A stretch of 64,000 bases of DNA, from positions 3,232,001-3,296,000 of the forward strand of contig OZ220696.1 in NCBI GenBank assembly GCA_965116495.1, given 5' to 3'. The translations under genes were made by a program, and so were the position numbers. Below the pieces are notes generated by a model that was given only the letters and a program-made list of their open reading frames with translations, was not told the origin of the DNA and made no database searches. Origin of the DNA: Gammaproteobacteria bacterium. GTDB lineage: Bacteria; Pseudomonadota; Gammaproteobacteria; Eutrophobiales; Eutrophobiaceae. This document shows positions 28,115 through 38,255 of the stretch, piece after piece; the stretch's first letter is position 1, and each line of letters begins with the position of its first letter.

Positions 28115-29176
28115 TCAGCCCGCCACGGCTTGCGCGGCAGGCTCCTGGAAGCGCGGCATGACCTCACGCGCAAACAGTTCCATGCTGCGCATGGCCTTTT
28201 CATGGGCCAGTTTGCCGAACCAGTTGAAAATGATGATATGCTCAAGGCCGCCCTCCTTGTTCAGCCATTCGATCTTGTCGGTAACCGAGTCGGGTGTGCC
28301 GAAAATGCCCAGCTTGCCGTAGATCTCATCGAACGGAACGGTTTCGAAGTATTCCAGGATCTCGGTGTAGTTGGCAAACTGTTCCGCCACCTTGGCCTTG
28401 TCCCGTTCCCCCCATATTTTCGCCGCGGTGCGCACGTACCATAGAACGTGGTCCCTGATATCAGCTTTTACCTGTGCGTCGCTTTCTCCCACGTAAATGA
28501 ATTCGTTGTGGGCCATTTGCAAATCAGTTCGCCCGGCTTCATTCAATAATCTGTACCAGACATCAAAATACGAGGTCTTCAGGATTTCATGGGGGCACAG
28601 GTAAGGACCAATCAAGCCGTTGATGCCGCGGTCTATGATCTTTTTTACCGTGTAGTCGCTGATTGCCGCCTGCCAGATCGGCGGATGTGGCCTGGTATAG
28701 GGTTTCGGCAGGACGGAGAGTTCCGGGAATTGCCAGTACTCACCGTCATAGGAAAAGCTTTCTTCGGTCCAGGCCCGGCGGATGATGTCCAGCGCTTCGC
28801 TGAAACGTTGTTCCGCCTCGTGCAGGGTCAGGTTGAAACCGGCGAATTCCTTGGGCTGGTTGCCGCGCCCCACGCCCATGTCCACGCGGCCCCGGCCCAG
28901 GTGGTCCAGCGTTGCCCAGTCTTCCGCCACCCGCAACGGGTGCTGGAAGGGCAGAACGACAACAGCGGTACTGATCCTGATCCGGGAGGTGTTGGCCAGC
29001 GCGTGGCCGGCGATGGCCGGGACGGACGGTCGACCGTAAGGGCTGAAATGGTGCTCGGTAAGCCACACTGTGTCATAGCCCAGTTCTTCGGCAAAACGGA
29101 TCTGCTCGGTGATGTTTTCATAGGGTTCCGGCATCCCGTCCAATACCTGTGGAACCAGGATTATGCTGAATTTCAC
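28115..29176 (-). CDS. Luciferase-like (LLM class) flavin-dependent monooxygenase
   Basis: WLTEHHF, HPLRVAEDWATLD, GVGRG, PKPYTRPHPPIW and LFAREVMP motifs. Confidence 0.92.
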   Translation of the reverse strand: MKFSIILVPQVLDGMPEPYENITEQIRFAEELGYDTVWLTEHHFSPYGRPSVPAIAGHALANTSRIRISTAVVVLPFQHPLRVAEDWATLDHLGRGRVDMGVGRGNQPKEFAGFNLTLHEAEQRFSEALDIIRRAWTEESFSYDGEYWQFPELSVLPKPYTRPHPPIWQAAISDYTVKKIIDRGINGLIGPYLCPHEILKTSYFDVWYRLLNEAGRTDLQMAHNEFIYVGESDAQVKADIRDHVLWYVRTAAKIWGERDKAKVAEQFANYTEILEYFETVPFDEIYGKLGIFGTPDSVTDKIEWLNKEGGLEHIIIFNWFGKLAHEKAMRSMELFAREVMPRFQEPAAQAVAG

Positions 29177-29229
29177 GTTTATCCCTCCCGCGCCAGGGGT
29201 TCTCTCAACATGATAACGGCAGGAACGGA

Positions 29230-30081
29230 TTATGCAATCATCTCGATAACAGCCTGGAACAGCGGGCTTTCCGGGTTGGCCAATTCACCGATGATGGAGA
29301 AGTGATCGTGTCCTGCAACCTCCAGGTGGGTGACGGGGTAACCTGCCTGTTCGTATCGCTCGGCATAACTGCCGGTCTGACGCCGGAACTCGGCGGATTC
29401 GTTCGCCCCGCAGGCGATGATGACAGGAGTGGGTTGCCGGGACAGGTGATGGATCGGGCTGTAGCGTCTGGCGGATTCCAGGTCCAGCCGCAGTTTTTCA
29501 TTGGGTTCGCATTCAAGCAGCGGTTCCAGGTCGTACAGTCCGCTGATGGCGCAGGCGCCCGTTACCACGTCCACGGGGAGGCCGTACCTGTCCGGCCAGT
29601 CATCACTTATAAGCTCTGCCGTCAGGTGCCCGCCGGCGGAATTGCCGCTGACGTAAATCCGCCCAGGGTCACAACCGTAGTCCGCGCAATGTCCATACAG
29701 CCATTTAACAGCATTACGCACGTCCGCGACGACTTCAGCCATGGTCACGTTCGGAACCAGCCGGTAGTTAATGGGCACCCAGGCTATGCCGCGGGGGATG
29801 AATTCCTTCGCCGGGAAACGCCGTGGGTCCTTGCTGTTGAAGAACCAGTAACCGCCGTGGATAAAGATCAACACGGGCGCCTTGCCGGTACCGGGAGTGA
29901 AGATATCCAGCGTCTGGCGCGGACCGGCAGGGCCATAGGGCACGTCCAGTTCACCGGGCATGGACCGCACCAGTTCCTCGCTGAGTTCCTCGTACCGGCG
30001 CACATGATCGCCCATGCCTGGCGTCAGGTCGGTCAGATACTGACGGCGCAGTTCTTCCAGTGGATAATGTTGCCAATTCAT
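29230..30081 (-). CDS. Alpha/beta hydrolase, arylformamidase (kynurenine formamidase)-like
   Basis: IHGGYW, GNSAGGHL, SGLYDL, ES.EF.RQ and DHF motifs. Confidence 0.85.
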   Translation of the reverse strand: MNWQHYPLEELRRQYLTDLTPGMGDHVRRYEELSEELVRSMPGELDVPYGPAGPRQTLDIFTPGTGKAPVLIFIHGGYWFFNSKDPRRFPAKEFIPRGIAWVPINYRLVPNVTMAEVVADVRNAVKWLYGHCADYGCDPGRIYVSGNSAGGHLTAELISDDWPDRYGLPVDVVTGACAISGLYDLEPLLECEPNEKLRLDLESARRYSPIHHLSRQPTPVIIACGANESAEFRRQTGSYAERYEQAGYPVTHLEVAGHDHFSIIGELANPESPLFQAVIEMIA

Positions 30082-30229
30082 TCTGATCCGCAATGAAACA
30101 TTCAATCGTATTTAACCTTTACGGTTTCTTTTGTAACTATATGATTCTGTAGGTTAATTAAGTAGTAAAAAAAGCCTTTTATTTTTATTTTTTCGTGATA
30201 CTATCAGTTAAGTAGCAGTAAGACCAGAA

Positions 30230-30257
30230 TTAGCCCACTAAGTGTTAGCCCACTAAG
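30230..30257 (+). repeat. Tandem 13-bp direct repeat TTAGCCCACTAAG
   Basis: Copies at 30230-30242 and 30245-30257, at the left edge of an AT-rich insert. Confidence 0.7.
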
Positions 30258-30487
30258 CTGTTTTGTTAAACTTAATCTCAAAAAGGCTGTTGTGTGTTGC
30301 CCGGACAAACAAGAATCTTTCTGGTGAAATCCACCATGAATTTGGTAAGGAAACGCCTATCGTCACCGAAGTTTATTGAAATTGTTTGGATAGCCCAATA
30401 CATGATTATAAGGTGGCAGGATAATAGAGGCTGTAGGTGTCATTTCCTGGTTGACGTAATACATAAGTAATTTGGGTCAAATAAATT

Positions 30488-31258
30488 ATGCATCAGCGCC
30501 GTCGCTATAAAAATCCTCCCATAGAAGAAGCGATCTGTGAATTTCGCTTTAGCCCGGGCCAGGACTGGGATTTAACAATTCCTGGAAAACTCCACACTGA
30601 ATTGAGCGACGAATATGCAGGTAAGCCACGACAGCAAAAGCTCGTGGAGGTTGGATTAGAAACCCAAGGTGGAAAACCGCCGAATCTGCGTTATGGTGAA
30701 GGTCTTGCAAAGGTCCAGCTAGTTACAGAAGATAATACGAGAATGATCGGGATTGGTCCAGATGTCCTTAGCATTCATTTACTACGCCCCTATCAAAGAA
30801 CTATTGATTCTGACTACGTTGGTTGGGATGAATTCTATCCAAGAATTATAAGGGCTATTGAAGCGTATTGGAAAGTATCTAAACCAATTGGCGTGACTCG
30901 AATTGGTATTAGATATATAAATAAAATCGTAATTCCGCAGATTATGGTACGGGTTGAGGACTATTTTAAATGTGCCTTGCCGAATGTAAGTGGGTTACCT
31001 GATCAACTGAACGGATTTATGAGCCGTGCTGAATACGCTTATGAGGATAATATACTTCTGGTCTTGTCACAGGGTTCGATCGAGGCACCACCAAACAATA
31101 TAGGTTTTCTTCTTGATCTTGATGTCATTTGGCAGGATGCTGACCCAGTATCACAAGAAGATGCTTTGACTAAAGTCAGGGAATTGCGTGAACGTGAAAG
31201 AGTAGCATTCGAAACCGTGATTACAGACAAATCAAGGGAGTTTTTTGATGCAACTTAG
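30488..31258 (+). CDS. TIGR04255-like family protein
   Basis: YKNPPIEEAICEFRF N-terminus, Y.GWDEF, RIGIRYINKI, LLDLDV and FE..IT motifs; AT-rich. Confidence 0.8.
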   Translation: MHQRRRYKNPPIEEAICEFRFSPGQDWDLTIPGKLHTELSDEYAGKPRQQKLVEVGLETQGGKPPNLRYGEGLAKVQLVTEDNTRMIGIGPDVLSIHLLRPYQRTIDSDYVGWDEFYPRIIRAIEAYWKVSKPIGVTRIGIRYINKIVIPQIMVRVEDYFKCALPNVSGLPDQLNGFMSRAEYAYEDNILLVLSQGSIEAPPNNIGFLLDLDVIWQDADPVSQEDALTKVRELRERERVAFETVITDKSREFFDAT

Positions 31259-31976
31259 TGAAAATCATTCGCCTCAATTTGACACGGCCTCAGTTTATAA
31301 TTCCAAAGGTAATTTTACGTTGGATCAATCCGGTTCGTCCGATGATATTCCATTCCAGCTAACAGTGGGAAAAGGTTCGCTTGCATTCTCTCCAGACGCC
31401 GTATTAGTGCAAAAAAGAATGATGAAGCACGCTATAGAACTGCTCTCTTATGAGGCATACAAAAGATTAGTTAACTCGCCATTGGTTATAAATATGTTTC
31501 CGATGTTTGTCGATATAGCTGGATTTGAGACAACAATAGACCGACAGACACTCGTCGATGATAGGGAACGAGTGCAGCTTCAAAATAGACTGCTGGCATC
31601 CTTCGAAGCTGAACCGCTCGAGGATGGTATGGATCACCCAGCTGAACAAATCATCAGAAATGAGTTAGAAAATAGTGAAAATCAAAATGTTCTCGACTTG
31701 TTCAGAGCTTTCTCTTTGGATGTCGCACATCCAAGCTTTGCAGCCTCAGTTCTACGATGCTTGGGACGCCAGGCACATTTAGGGACGATTTCATGGCGAA
31801 CAGGTTTAGTACGCGATGCACTAAGATTGAGTGATGTAGAAATCAGGGATGCCGCAATACAAGCTACAGAATTATGGGGTTATGATGAAATGCGCAGTGT
31901 TCTGCAGGAGCATTCCGAACCGGAACTGTGGCTTCGAGACTATATTAGCGATGTCTTAGCCGATTTGGGTGACTAG
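31245..31976 (+). CDS. Hypothetical protein with helical (HEAT-like) C-terminus
   Basis: Overlaps both neighbours; DVEIRDAAIQATELW...L..H.EPE.WLRDY pattern. Confidence 0.7.
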   Translation: MMQLSENHSPQFDTASVYNSKGNFTLDQSGSSDDIPFQLTVGKGSLAFSPDAVLVQKRMMKHAIELLSYEAYKRLVNSPLVINMFPMFVDIAGFETTIDRQTLVDDRERVQLQNRLLASFEAEPLEDGMDHPAEQIIRNELENSENQNVLDLFRAFSLDVAHPSFAASVLRCLGRQAHLGTISWRTGLVRDALRLSDVEIRDAAIQATELWGYDEMRSVLQEHSEPELWLRDYISDVLADLGD

Positions 31977-32496
31977 CTGTATGTACCTGGCAAGGAAGAT
32001 CACACGCGCTAAGTGGGAACCGAAGCGTGAATTGTCCGATGATGAAATTTCTGCTGATGCGATAACAAGTGATCTGAGAACACAGGATAATTCGTTATCT
32101 TTTTGGCAGTGCGGTAGAGAGGAGCCCGTAAGACTCGAAGAGGTAGCGCTTGCTATAGCTGCTGGACGTGATTCTGTTGATAGACTTGATATTGTTTGGT
32201 TGACAGATAATGAGCTACGGGATGATGGTCAAACTCTGAAGAATACTGAGGGGCGAACACCTGTTATTGATTTGTCCAAGTTACATGTTGATGTTTGCAG
32301 GCTCGATTACATTCGACTTGGAAAGATTGCCCATAACGTTGTTCGTGCTCTAGATGAAAATCGTTATAAACGGATAACAAAACCGGGTGTAAAGAAGCTT
32401 CTGACAGATGCAGTCGGGCAGGGACGTATCGAAATTGATGATCTTGAGGATAAAATTAAAACAGAAGTCCTAGAATCACTTGAGAAAGGAAAATAA
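31969..32496 (+). CDS. Hypothetical protein, possible ADP-ribosyltransferase/RES-like fold
   Basis: LARKITRAKW, ADAITSDLRT..NSLSFW and G.TP......HVDV pattern; overlaps the upstream gene; fold is inference. Confidence 0.65.
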   Translation: MTSCMYLARKITRAKWEPKRELSDDEISADAITSDLRTQDNSLSFWQCGREEPVRLEEVALAIAAGRDSVDRLDIVWLTDNELRDDGQTLKNTEGRTPVIDLSKLHVDVCRLDYIRLGKIAHNVVRALDENRYKRITKPGVKKLLTDAVGQGRIEIDDLEDKIKTEVLESLEKGK

Positions 32497-33625
32497 CAGC
32501 CCCGGAAACTATCGCGTCCTCACCATCCTGTCGTTACTGAGCACCTTTGGTGCGGCTGTGTATTTCATCGCCCCGTTGCTGGTGGGCGGATACGTAACCC
32601 AACTCGGGTTCAGCAGCCAGCAGGGCGGCTACATCATCTCGGCGGAACTGGCGGGTTTTGCCTTAGCTGCGATACCGGCGGCAATCTGGGTAAAAAAGCT
32701 CAATTGGCGCACGGCGCTGTACCTCTCCGCCGCTTGCGTCATCCTGATGAACCTGGTGACCTCGTCGTTGACCGGTTTTGCCCTGTTTCCCGTTATTCGT
32801 TTTTTGAGTGGATTCGCCGCCGGCATACAACTGGCCGTGTGTATGGCCGTGATCCATCGGAACCTGGACCCGGACCGCAGTCTCGGCTACTGGTTCGGCC
32901 TGCAATTGCTGGTGGGCTCAGTGGGGGTGATATTCCTTCCGGGTCTGATCGCGGATTTCGGAGTCGGCGCAGTGTTCCTGGTGATAGCGGGATTGCATGC
33001 ACTGTTGCTGTTATTCATCCGAATTATTCCCGACCGCGGTGAAATTGAACAAATGCCGGAAGTAAAAGTCACGGGTTCGATTCCTGTCCTGGTTGCGCTC
33101 GGTTTTGTCGGCCTTTATCTGTTCGAAGCGGGGATCATGGGCGTGTGGGCCTACTACGAACGCATCGGAGATGCCGGCGGAATTACAGCCCAGACCATTG
33201 GTTATGCGCTGTCGGCCAGCCTCTTCCTCGGCTTTCTCGGCTCCATGGCTACGGCCGCGCTGTCCACCCGTTTCAACCGCCTTGTTCCGGTTGCACTGGG
33301 GACCGGCCTGGCAATCCTGTGTACGGCGCTGTTGCTGACCGATTTTTCCACCGCCACCTATGTTATCAGTGTCGGTCTGTTCATATTCGCCTGGTATTTT
33401 ACCCTGCCGTACATTATGGGGTGTATCGCCAACGTGGATGCGACCGGCAGGCTGCTGATCCTGTCCAACCTGATAGCCGGCCTGGGTACCTCGACCGGTC
33501 CTGCCTGTGCCGCCCTGCTGCAGACTTCGGACAGTTTCGTTCCCGTCCTGTGGATGGGGATCATTACCATGCTGGTATCGATCCTGTTCATCTCGCGACT
33601 GGCCTTGCAACCGTCGAGGGAATAG
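32480..33625 (+). CDS. MFS transporter
   Basis: About 12 TM segments; SAELAG and WAYYERIG motifs; the start codon is uncertain because it lies inside the upstream AT-rich gene. Confidence 0.82.
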   Translation: MRKENNSPGNYRVLTILSLLSTFGAAVYFIAPLLVGGYVTQLGFSSQQGGYIISAELAGFALAAIPAAIWVKKLNWRTALYLSAACVILMNLVTSSLTGFALFPVIRFLSGFAAGIQLAVCMAVIHRNLDPDRSLGYWFGLQLLVGSVGVIFLPGLIADFGVGAVFLVIAGLHALLLLFIRIIPDRGEIEQMPEVKVTGSIPVLVALGFVGLYLFEAGIMGVWAYYERIGDAGGITAQTIGYALSASLFLGFLGSMATAALSTRFNRLVPVALGTGLAILCTALLLTDFSTATYVISVGLFIFAWYFTLPYIMGCIANVDATGRLLILSNLIAGLGTSTGPACAALLQTSDSFVPVLWMGIITMLVSILFISRLALQPSRE

Positions 33626-33651
33626 CCAGAATTCAGGAATAGTCGAGCTGG

Positions 33652-34989
33652 TCAGCCCCCACCCCCATTCTCCCGGGCTTCCCACAGTGTTTGCCAATGA
33701 TTAACCATATAAAAGGGAATGGACACAACCGGCTTTTGATATTGCAGCGGCGCGGCCGATATTTTAATTCCCCATCCCTGTCTTTTTTCCTGGAAATACT
33801 GGTGCAGGCTTCTCAGCCGCCCGGTTTTCCCGGCTTTTACTTCTATCGGGACCAGGTCCGTAACGGACTGGCAGACATAATCAATTTCAGCGTTGCTGCT
33901 TCTGGCTTCCCTGGCCCAGTAATACAGCGCCGGCCTGGCGAAACAGTCCTGACAGGCAATCAGTTCCTGCCCGACAAATTGTTCCATTAACGCGCCGTGG
34001 TAGATCGCCATCAAGTCCTTTTCCCGGATAATGTCCGTCGCCAGGCCACAGAGGTTTTGCATCAACCCGACGTCAAGAAACAGCACCTTGAAAAAACGCT
34101 CATTGATATTTGCTCCCAGGGGCAGACCCTCAGCGGATGACTTGATGACTTTGTGATACACACCGGCCAGCGTTAGTAATTCCAAGGCAGTTTTTATATT
34201 TCTGGAAAGTTCGTCAGGGTCAACCCTGGCATATTTGAACTTGTTCCCCACCTGTTGCACGGCGGACTGGAATACCTTGCCGACGTTTTCATGTCGTCCG
34301 GATTTTACATATTTGTTGAAATCGTCCCGGTAAGTCTGTAGCAGGGAGGTCTGGATCTGGCGGCAATGTTCATAGTTCCCGGATTCCCGGTATTCTGCCA
34401 CCACTTCGGGCATGCCGCCGATGAGCAGGTATTGTCTTACCCGGTCAAGCAGGGTGTCGTGAACCACCGGTTCTTCGAACAAACCCCGGTTGTGTCTGAG
34501 CGCTTCAACTACCGTTTCCTGCCCCTGCGCAATGAGAAATTCTTCAAAACTCATAGGCTTCATATACAGGTATTGAACACGCCCCACCGGCATGGAAATA
34601 CCGCTTGCGTGCAGGGTTAATTCCAGCAACGAACCTGCCGCGATCACGTGCAGTTCCGGGGCTTCCTCATAGAAGTAGCGCAACGCCGAAACAGCCTTGG
34701 GAAATGCCTGAATCTCGTCGATAAACAACAGTGTTCTACCGGGAATCACCTTTTGCCCGGTCAGTATTTCGATCTTGTTCACTATCTCCCTGGGGTTCAT
34801 GCTTCGGAACAGCTCCGCAACATGCGGCTCCGACTCAAGATTGATGACCGCCATATCAGCGAATTCCTGCTTGCCAAAGCGCTGCACGGACCAGGATTTG
34901 CCTACCTGACGCGCGCCTCGGATCAATAACGGCTTGCGCCTGGAAGAATCCTTCCAGGCTCGCAGCACGGCATCAATAGAACGCTTCAT
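33652..34989 (-). CDS. AAA+ ATPase (AAA_14 plus DUF4143-like C-terminal domain)
   Basis: GARQVGKS Walker A, LLFIDEIQ Walker B, GGMPE, EIDY and PIEVKAG motifs. Confidence 0.9.
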   Translation of the reverse strand: MKRSIDAVLRAWKDSSRRKPLLIRGARQVGKSWSVQRFGKQEFADMAVINLESEPHVAELFRSMNPREIVNKIEILTGQKVIPGRTLLFIDEIQAFPKAVSALRYFYEEAPELHVIAAGSLLELTLHASGISMPVGRVQYLYMKPMSFEEFLIAQGQETVVEALRHNRGLFEEPVVHDTLLDRVRQYLLIGGMPEVVAEYRESGNYEHCRQIQTSLLQTYRDDFNKYVKSGRHENVGKVFQSAVQQVGNKFKYARVDPDELSRNIKTALELLTLAGVYHKVIKSSAEGLPLGANINERFFKVLFLDVGLMQNLCGLATDIIREKDLMAIYHGALMEQFVGQELIACQDCFARPALYYWAREARSSNAEIDYVCQSVTDLVPIEVKAGKTGRLRSLHQYFQEKRQGWGIKISAAPLQYQKPVVSIPFYMVNHWQTLWEARENGGGG

Positions 34990-35119
34990 GGTTGGCGCCT
35001 CCGGCAAATAAGAAGGCACTATAATGCAGAAATGTCAAAAATACAAGGTTATTATTAACAGTAATTGTTAAAAATATACGGTAATAAACAACATATTCTG
35101 TCTGAAATACCACCATAAA

Positions 35120-35416
35120 GTGGATTTATCTGAGGAGGAGCAGGAATTTATTGGCCTGTGTGCCGAGTTTCCCAGCCTGAGTTGGCTGGACCCTGATCAT
35201 GATAATGCCCTCAGAGGCATTCGCTCACTTGTCAATGAGTGCCTGGAGGATATGGTACGAGCCAAAGAGAAAATTCCTGTTCCTGTCTCTACTCGACAAT
35301 ATAGTGGGAAATTCATCGTTCGTATTCCGCCGGAAGTACACCGAAACCTCGCTATAGAAGCTGCTGAATCCGGTATTAGTTTAAACCGTATCATCAGCGC
35401 CAGACTGGCGCACTAA
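35120..35416 (+). pseudogene. hicB: HicB family antitoxin, probably 5'-truncated, no HicA
   Basis: GLCAEFPSLSW and YSGKFIVRIPPEVHRNLAIEAAESGISLN motifs; the first beta-strand and the upstream toxin are missing. Confidence 0.75.
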
Positions 35417-35422
35417 CTCCAA

Positions 35423-37777
35423 TTAACCAACCTTCCCCAACGCCCTCAATATCTTCTCTGGCGTAAACGGCTGTGAGGTCACCTCTGCCCCGAAGGGTTC
35501 AAGCGCATCGTTGATCCCGTTCATGATCGCGCCGCACACGGCGATGATGCCGGCCTCGCCGCAGCCCTTGGCGCCCAGTTGCGTGGACTTTGTGGGTGTC
35601 TCGATATGATCGCATTCGATGTCCGGCATCTCGCCGGCCATGGGCACCAGATATTCGAACATGTTGCCGTTCAGTAACTGGCCGTTTTCATCGTAGATAC
35701 ATTCCTCATACAGGCTTGAACCGATCCCCTGGACGATGCTGCCGCGCATCTGCTCGACAACCAGCTTTTCATTGATGATGCGCCCGCAGTCATCCACGGT
35801 CCAGATTTTGTTCAACGTTACCAGGCCGGTATTGACGTCCACCTCCAGGGATACGCCCAGGGCGCAGTTGGCGTAGACCATGAGTTGTTCGCGCTGGCTG
35901 TAATGGCGGGTGACGATCAGTTCCGGTTCAAACTCCGCCGGCAGTGTATGGGTATTGAAATGGACCGTATTGCCGATCTCCGCCAGGGATGAGACTTTCT
36001 CATTCGTCTCCAGGTTGAAGATCTCGCCGGCCCTGATAGCCAGGATGTCCGCTGGTTGTTCATGGATGGCAGCGGCTACCTCCAGTATCTTCTCCCCCAT
36101 TTCCGTTGCCGCCAGCAGGCAGGCTTCGCCCGCGATTGCCGTACTCCTGGATGCCCAGGTGCCGCCGCCGAAAGGCGTGGTAGCGGTGTCGCCCGTGACG
36201 ACGTTGATTTCATCCCGGGCAACGCTGAGCACATCGGAGACGATCGACATCACTACTGCCTCGCCGCCCTGGCCCTGGTCGGTCAGGCCTGTCGCACAAG
36301 AGATGTTGCCGCCGGCTTCCAGGCGCAGGGTACAGGCGTCCCGGGAACTGATGGGCGCGCCGCCCGCTGCATAGAGAGCAGGACTTGGGGAGGTGCCCTC
36401 CACAACGGTTGCGAGGCCGATACCCTGATATTTCCCCTTGTCACGCCCTGCATCCCGTTCCTGCTGCAGCCTGTTGTAGTCCATCATCTGCAACAATTTA
36501 TCCAGCGAGGCCTGTTGCGACAGGCACTCAAGGTATTCGCCGGAAATTCCGGTAACGGGATACGCGTCATCCCTGAACAGGTTGCGTTTCCTGATCTCTG
36601 CCTTGTCGAGACCCGTCGCCCTTGCAGCCGCGTCCACCAGTCCCTCTGCCACCAGGCTGGCGACGGGCATGCCCACGCCGCGATACTGGCCGGTGCTGAC
36701 CTTGTTCTGGTAGACCAGCGAGGCATTGGCCCGGTAGTGTTTCAGGTCGTATGCCAGCGGCGTGCAGATAGCGACCAGCAGGGGTTCGATCACGCTGGTG
36801 CGGGGATGGATCAGGTAAGGCCCGGCGCCGGCCAGGTCGTCTACTTCCAGGGCCTGTATCTTGCCGTCGTTATTGACCCCGATGCGCGCCTTTACCCGGT
36901 GTCCGCGGGCATGGATATCGGAAACAAACGACTCCAGCCGGTCGGCGACGAATTTCACCGGCCGACGGATCAACATGCTGATGGCTGCGGTGGCAATCTC
37001 ATCGGAATAAACGTGCAATTTCAAGCCGAAGCCGCCGCCGATATCCGGACAGATTATGCGCACGTTCGCTTCGTTCAAGCCCAGTTGCCGTGCGTAAATA
37101 TAGCGCTGTATGTGGGGCACCTGGCTGGTCAGGTACAGGGTCAGGTAGCGCCTGGCGGGGTCATAATCGGCAATGGCGCCGCGCGGTTCCAGCGTCACGC
37201 CGGTTTGCCGATCCACCTGGAAAGTTTTCTCTATGACTACGTCTGACCCGGCCAGGGCCTCATCCACTTCACCGGCATCGATGTTGATTGACCAGGCGAC
37301 GTTGGTTCCGAGGTCGGGATGAACCAGGGGCGCATCCGGTTTCAGAGCTGTCTCCGGGTCGACTACAGCCGGCAGTTCCGCATAATCCACTTCAACCAGT
37401 TCCGCCGCATCCTCGGCAACGGCCCTTGAACCGGCCACCACGGCCGCTACCGGTTCACCCTGCCAGCGAACAATGTCCGCCGGCAGCGCGGCCTGCGGCG
37501 CGGTCCTCATCTCGCCCAGGTTGGTCAGTTGCGCAGTCCAGGGTTGGCAGACAGCAGCAATATCCCGGCCGGTGATAACGTGACTAACACCACTGACTTC
37601 CCGGGCTGCCGAAGTGTCTATACTGACAATTCTTGCGTGGGCGTATGGACTGCGTACGTAACAGACATGCAGCATCCCGGTCAAGGTGATGTCATCCAGG
37701 TAACGGCCCCGCCCCTGGATGAATTTGCGGGCGTTAGGCCTGGGCAGGACCGGGTCGGTAATGTAGGGATCAGGCAT
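35423..37777 (-). CDS. Xanthine dehydrogenase-family molybdopterin-binding subunit (CoxL/CutL-like)
   Basis: RSPYAHA, GGGFGLK, QYRGVG, DQGQG and GAKGCGEAG motifs. Confidence 0.92.
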   Translation of the reverse strand: MPDPYITDPVLPRPNARKFIQGRGRYLDDITLTGMLHVCYVRSPYAHARIVSIDTSAAREVSGVSHVITGRDIAAVCQPWTAQLTNLGEMRTAPQAALPADIVRWQGEPVAAVVAGSRAVAEDAAELVEVDYAELPAVVDPETALKPDAPLVHPDLGTNVAWSINIDAGEVDEALAGSDVVIEKTFQVDRQTGVTLEPRGAIADYDPARRYLTLYLTSQVPHIQRYIYARQLGLNEANVRIICPDIGGGFGLKLHVYSDEIATAAISMLIRRPVKFVADRLESFVSDIHARGHRVKARIGVNNDGKIQALEVDDLAGAGPYLIHPRTSVIEPLLVAICTPLAYDLKHYRANASLVYQNKVSTGQYRGVGMPVASLVAEGLVDAAARATGLDKAEIRKRNLFRDDAYPVTGISGEYLECLSQQASLDKLLQMMDYNRLQQERDAGRDKGKYQGIGLATVVEGTSPSPALYAAGGAPISSRDACTLRLEAGGNISCATGLTDQGQGGEAVVMSIVSDVLSVARDEINVVTGDTATTPFGGGTWASRSTAIAGEACLLAATEMGEKILEVAAAIHEQPADILAIRAGEIFNLETNEKVSSLAEIGNTVHFNTHTLPAEFEPELIVTRHYSQREQLMVYANCALGVSLEVDVNTGLVTLNKIWTVDDCGRIINEKLVVEQMRGSIVQGIGSSLYEECIYDENGQLLNGNMFEYLVPMAGEMPDIECDHIETPTKSTQLGAKGCGEAGIIAVCGAIMNGINDALEPFGAEVTSQPFTPEKILRALGKVG

Positions 37778-38255
37778 CGGCTTTCTTCGCTGCTATCTCT
37801 TCAATAGCGTCGACGATCGCGTGGTAACCGGTGCAGCGGCAATAGTTGCCGGACAGGAAAGCCCGGATCGATTCCCGTTCGGTCGCCGCGTGCGTATCCA
37901 GAAACTCCGCCGCGGAGATCAACATGCCGGGGGTACAGAACCCGCATTGGGCCGCGTTGTGCCTGAGGAATGCCTCCTGCAGGTCGGCCAATTCCCCGCT
38001 GTCCGTGACTCCCTCGATGGTTTCGATGGAATGCCCGTGCGCCTGCGCCGCCAGGGTCAGGCAGGAACGGGCGATACGGCCGTCGAACCTGACCGTACAG
38101 GCGCCGCAGATACCCTGCTCGCAACCGACGTGGGTGCCGGTCAGCCCCACCCGGTGGCGCAAGAAGTCAGCCAGGCTTTCCCGCGCCGGCACCTCGGCCT
38201 CTACCAGGGCGCCGTTGACTGTAATCGCAACGGAAAAATGCGCTTCCTTATCCAT
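37770..38255 (-). CDS. (2Fe-2S)-binding subunit (CoxS/CutS-like)
   Basis: GCEQGICGACT, QCGFCTPG and CRCTGY motifs. Confidence 0.93.
   Translation of the reverse strand: MDKEAHFSVAITVNGALVEAEVPARESLADFLRHRVGLTGTHVGCEQGICGACTVRFDGRIARSCLTLAAQAHGHSIETIEGVTDSGELADLQEAFLRHNAAQCGFCTPGMLISAAEFLDTHAATERESIRAFLSGNYCRCTGYHAIVDAIEEIAAKKADA

Noticed and set aside
36056-37246. Long opposite-strand ORFs (also 21822-22886, 54722-55891, 62900-63928 and similar)
   Set aside because: Antisense shadows of well-supported GC-rich genes, with no recognisable motifs.
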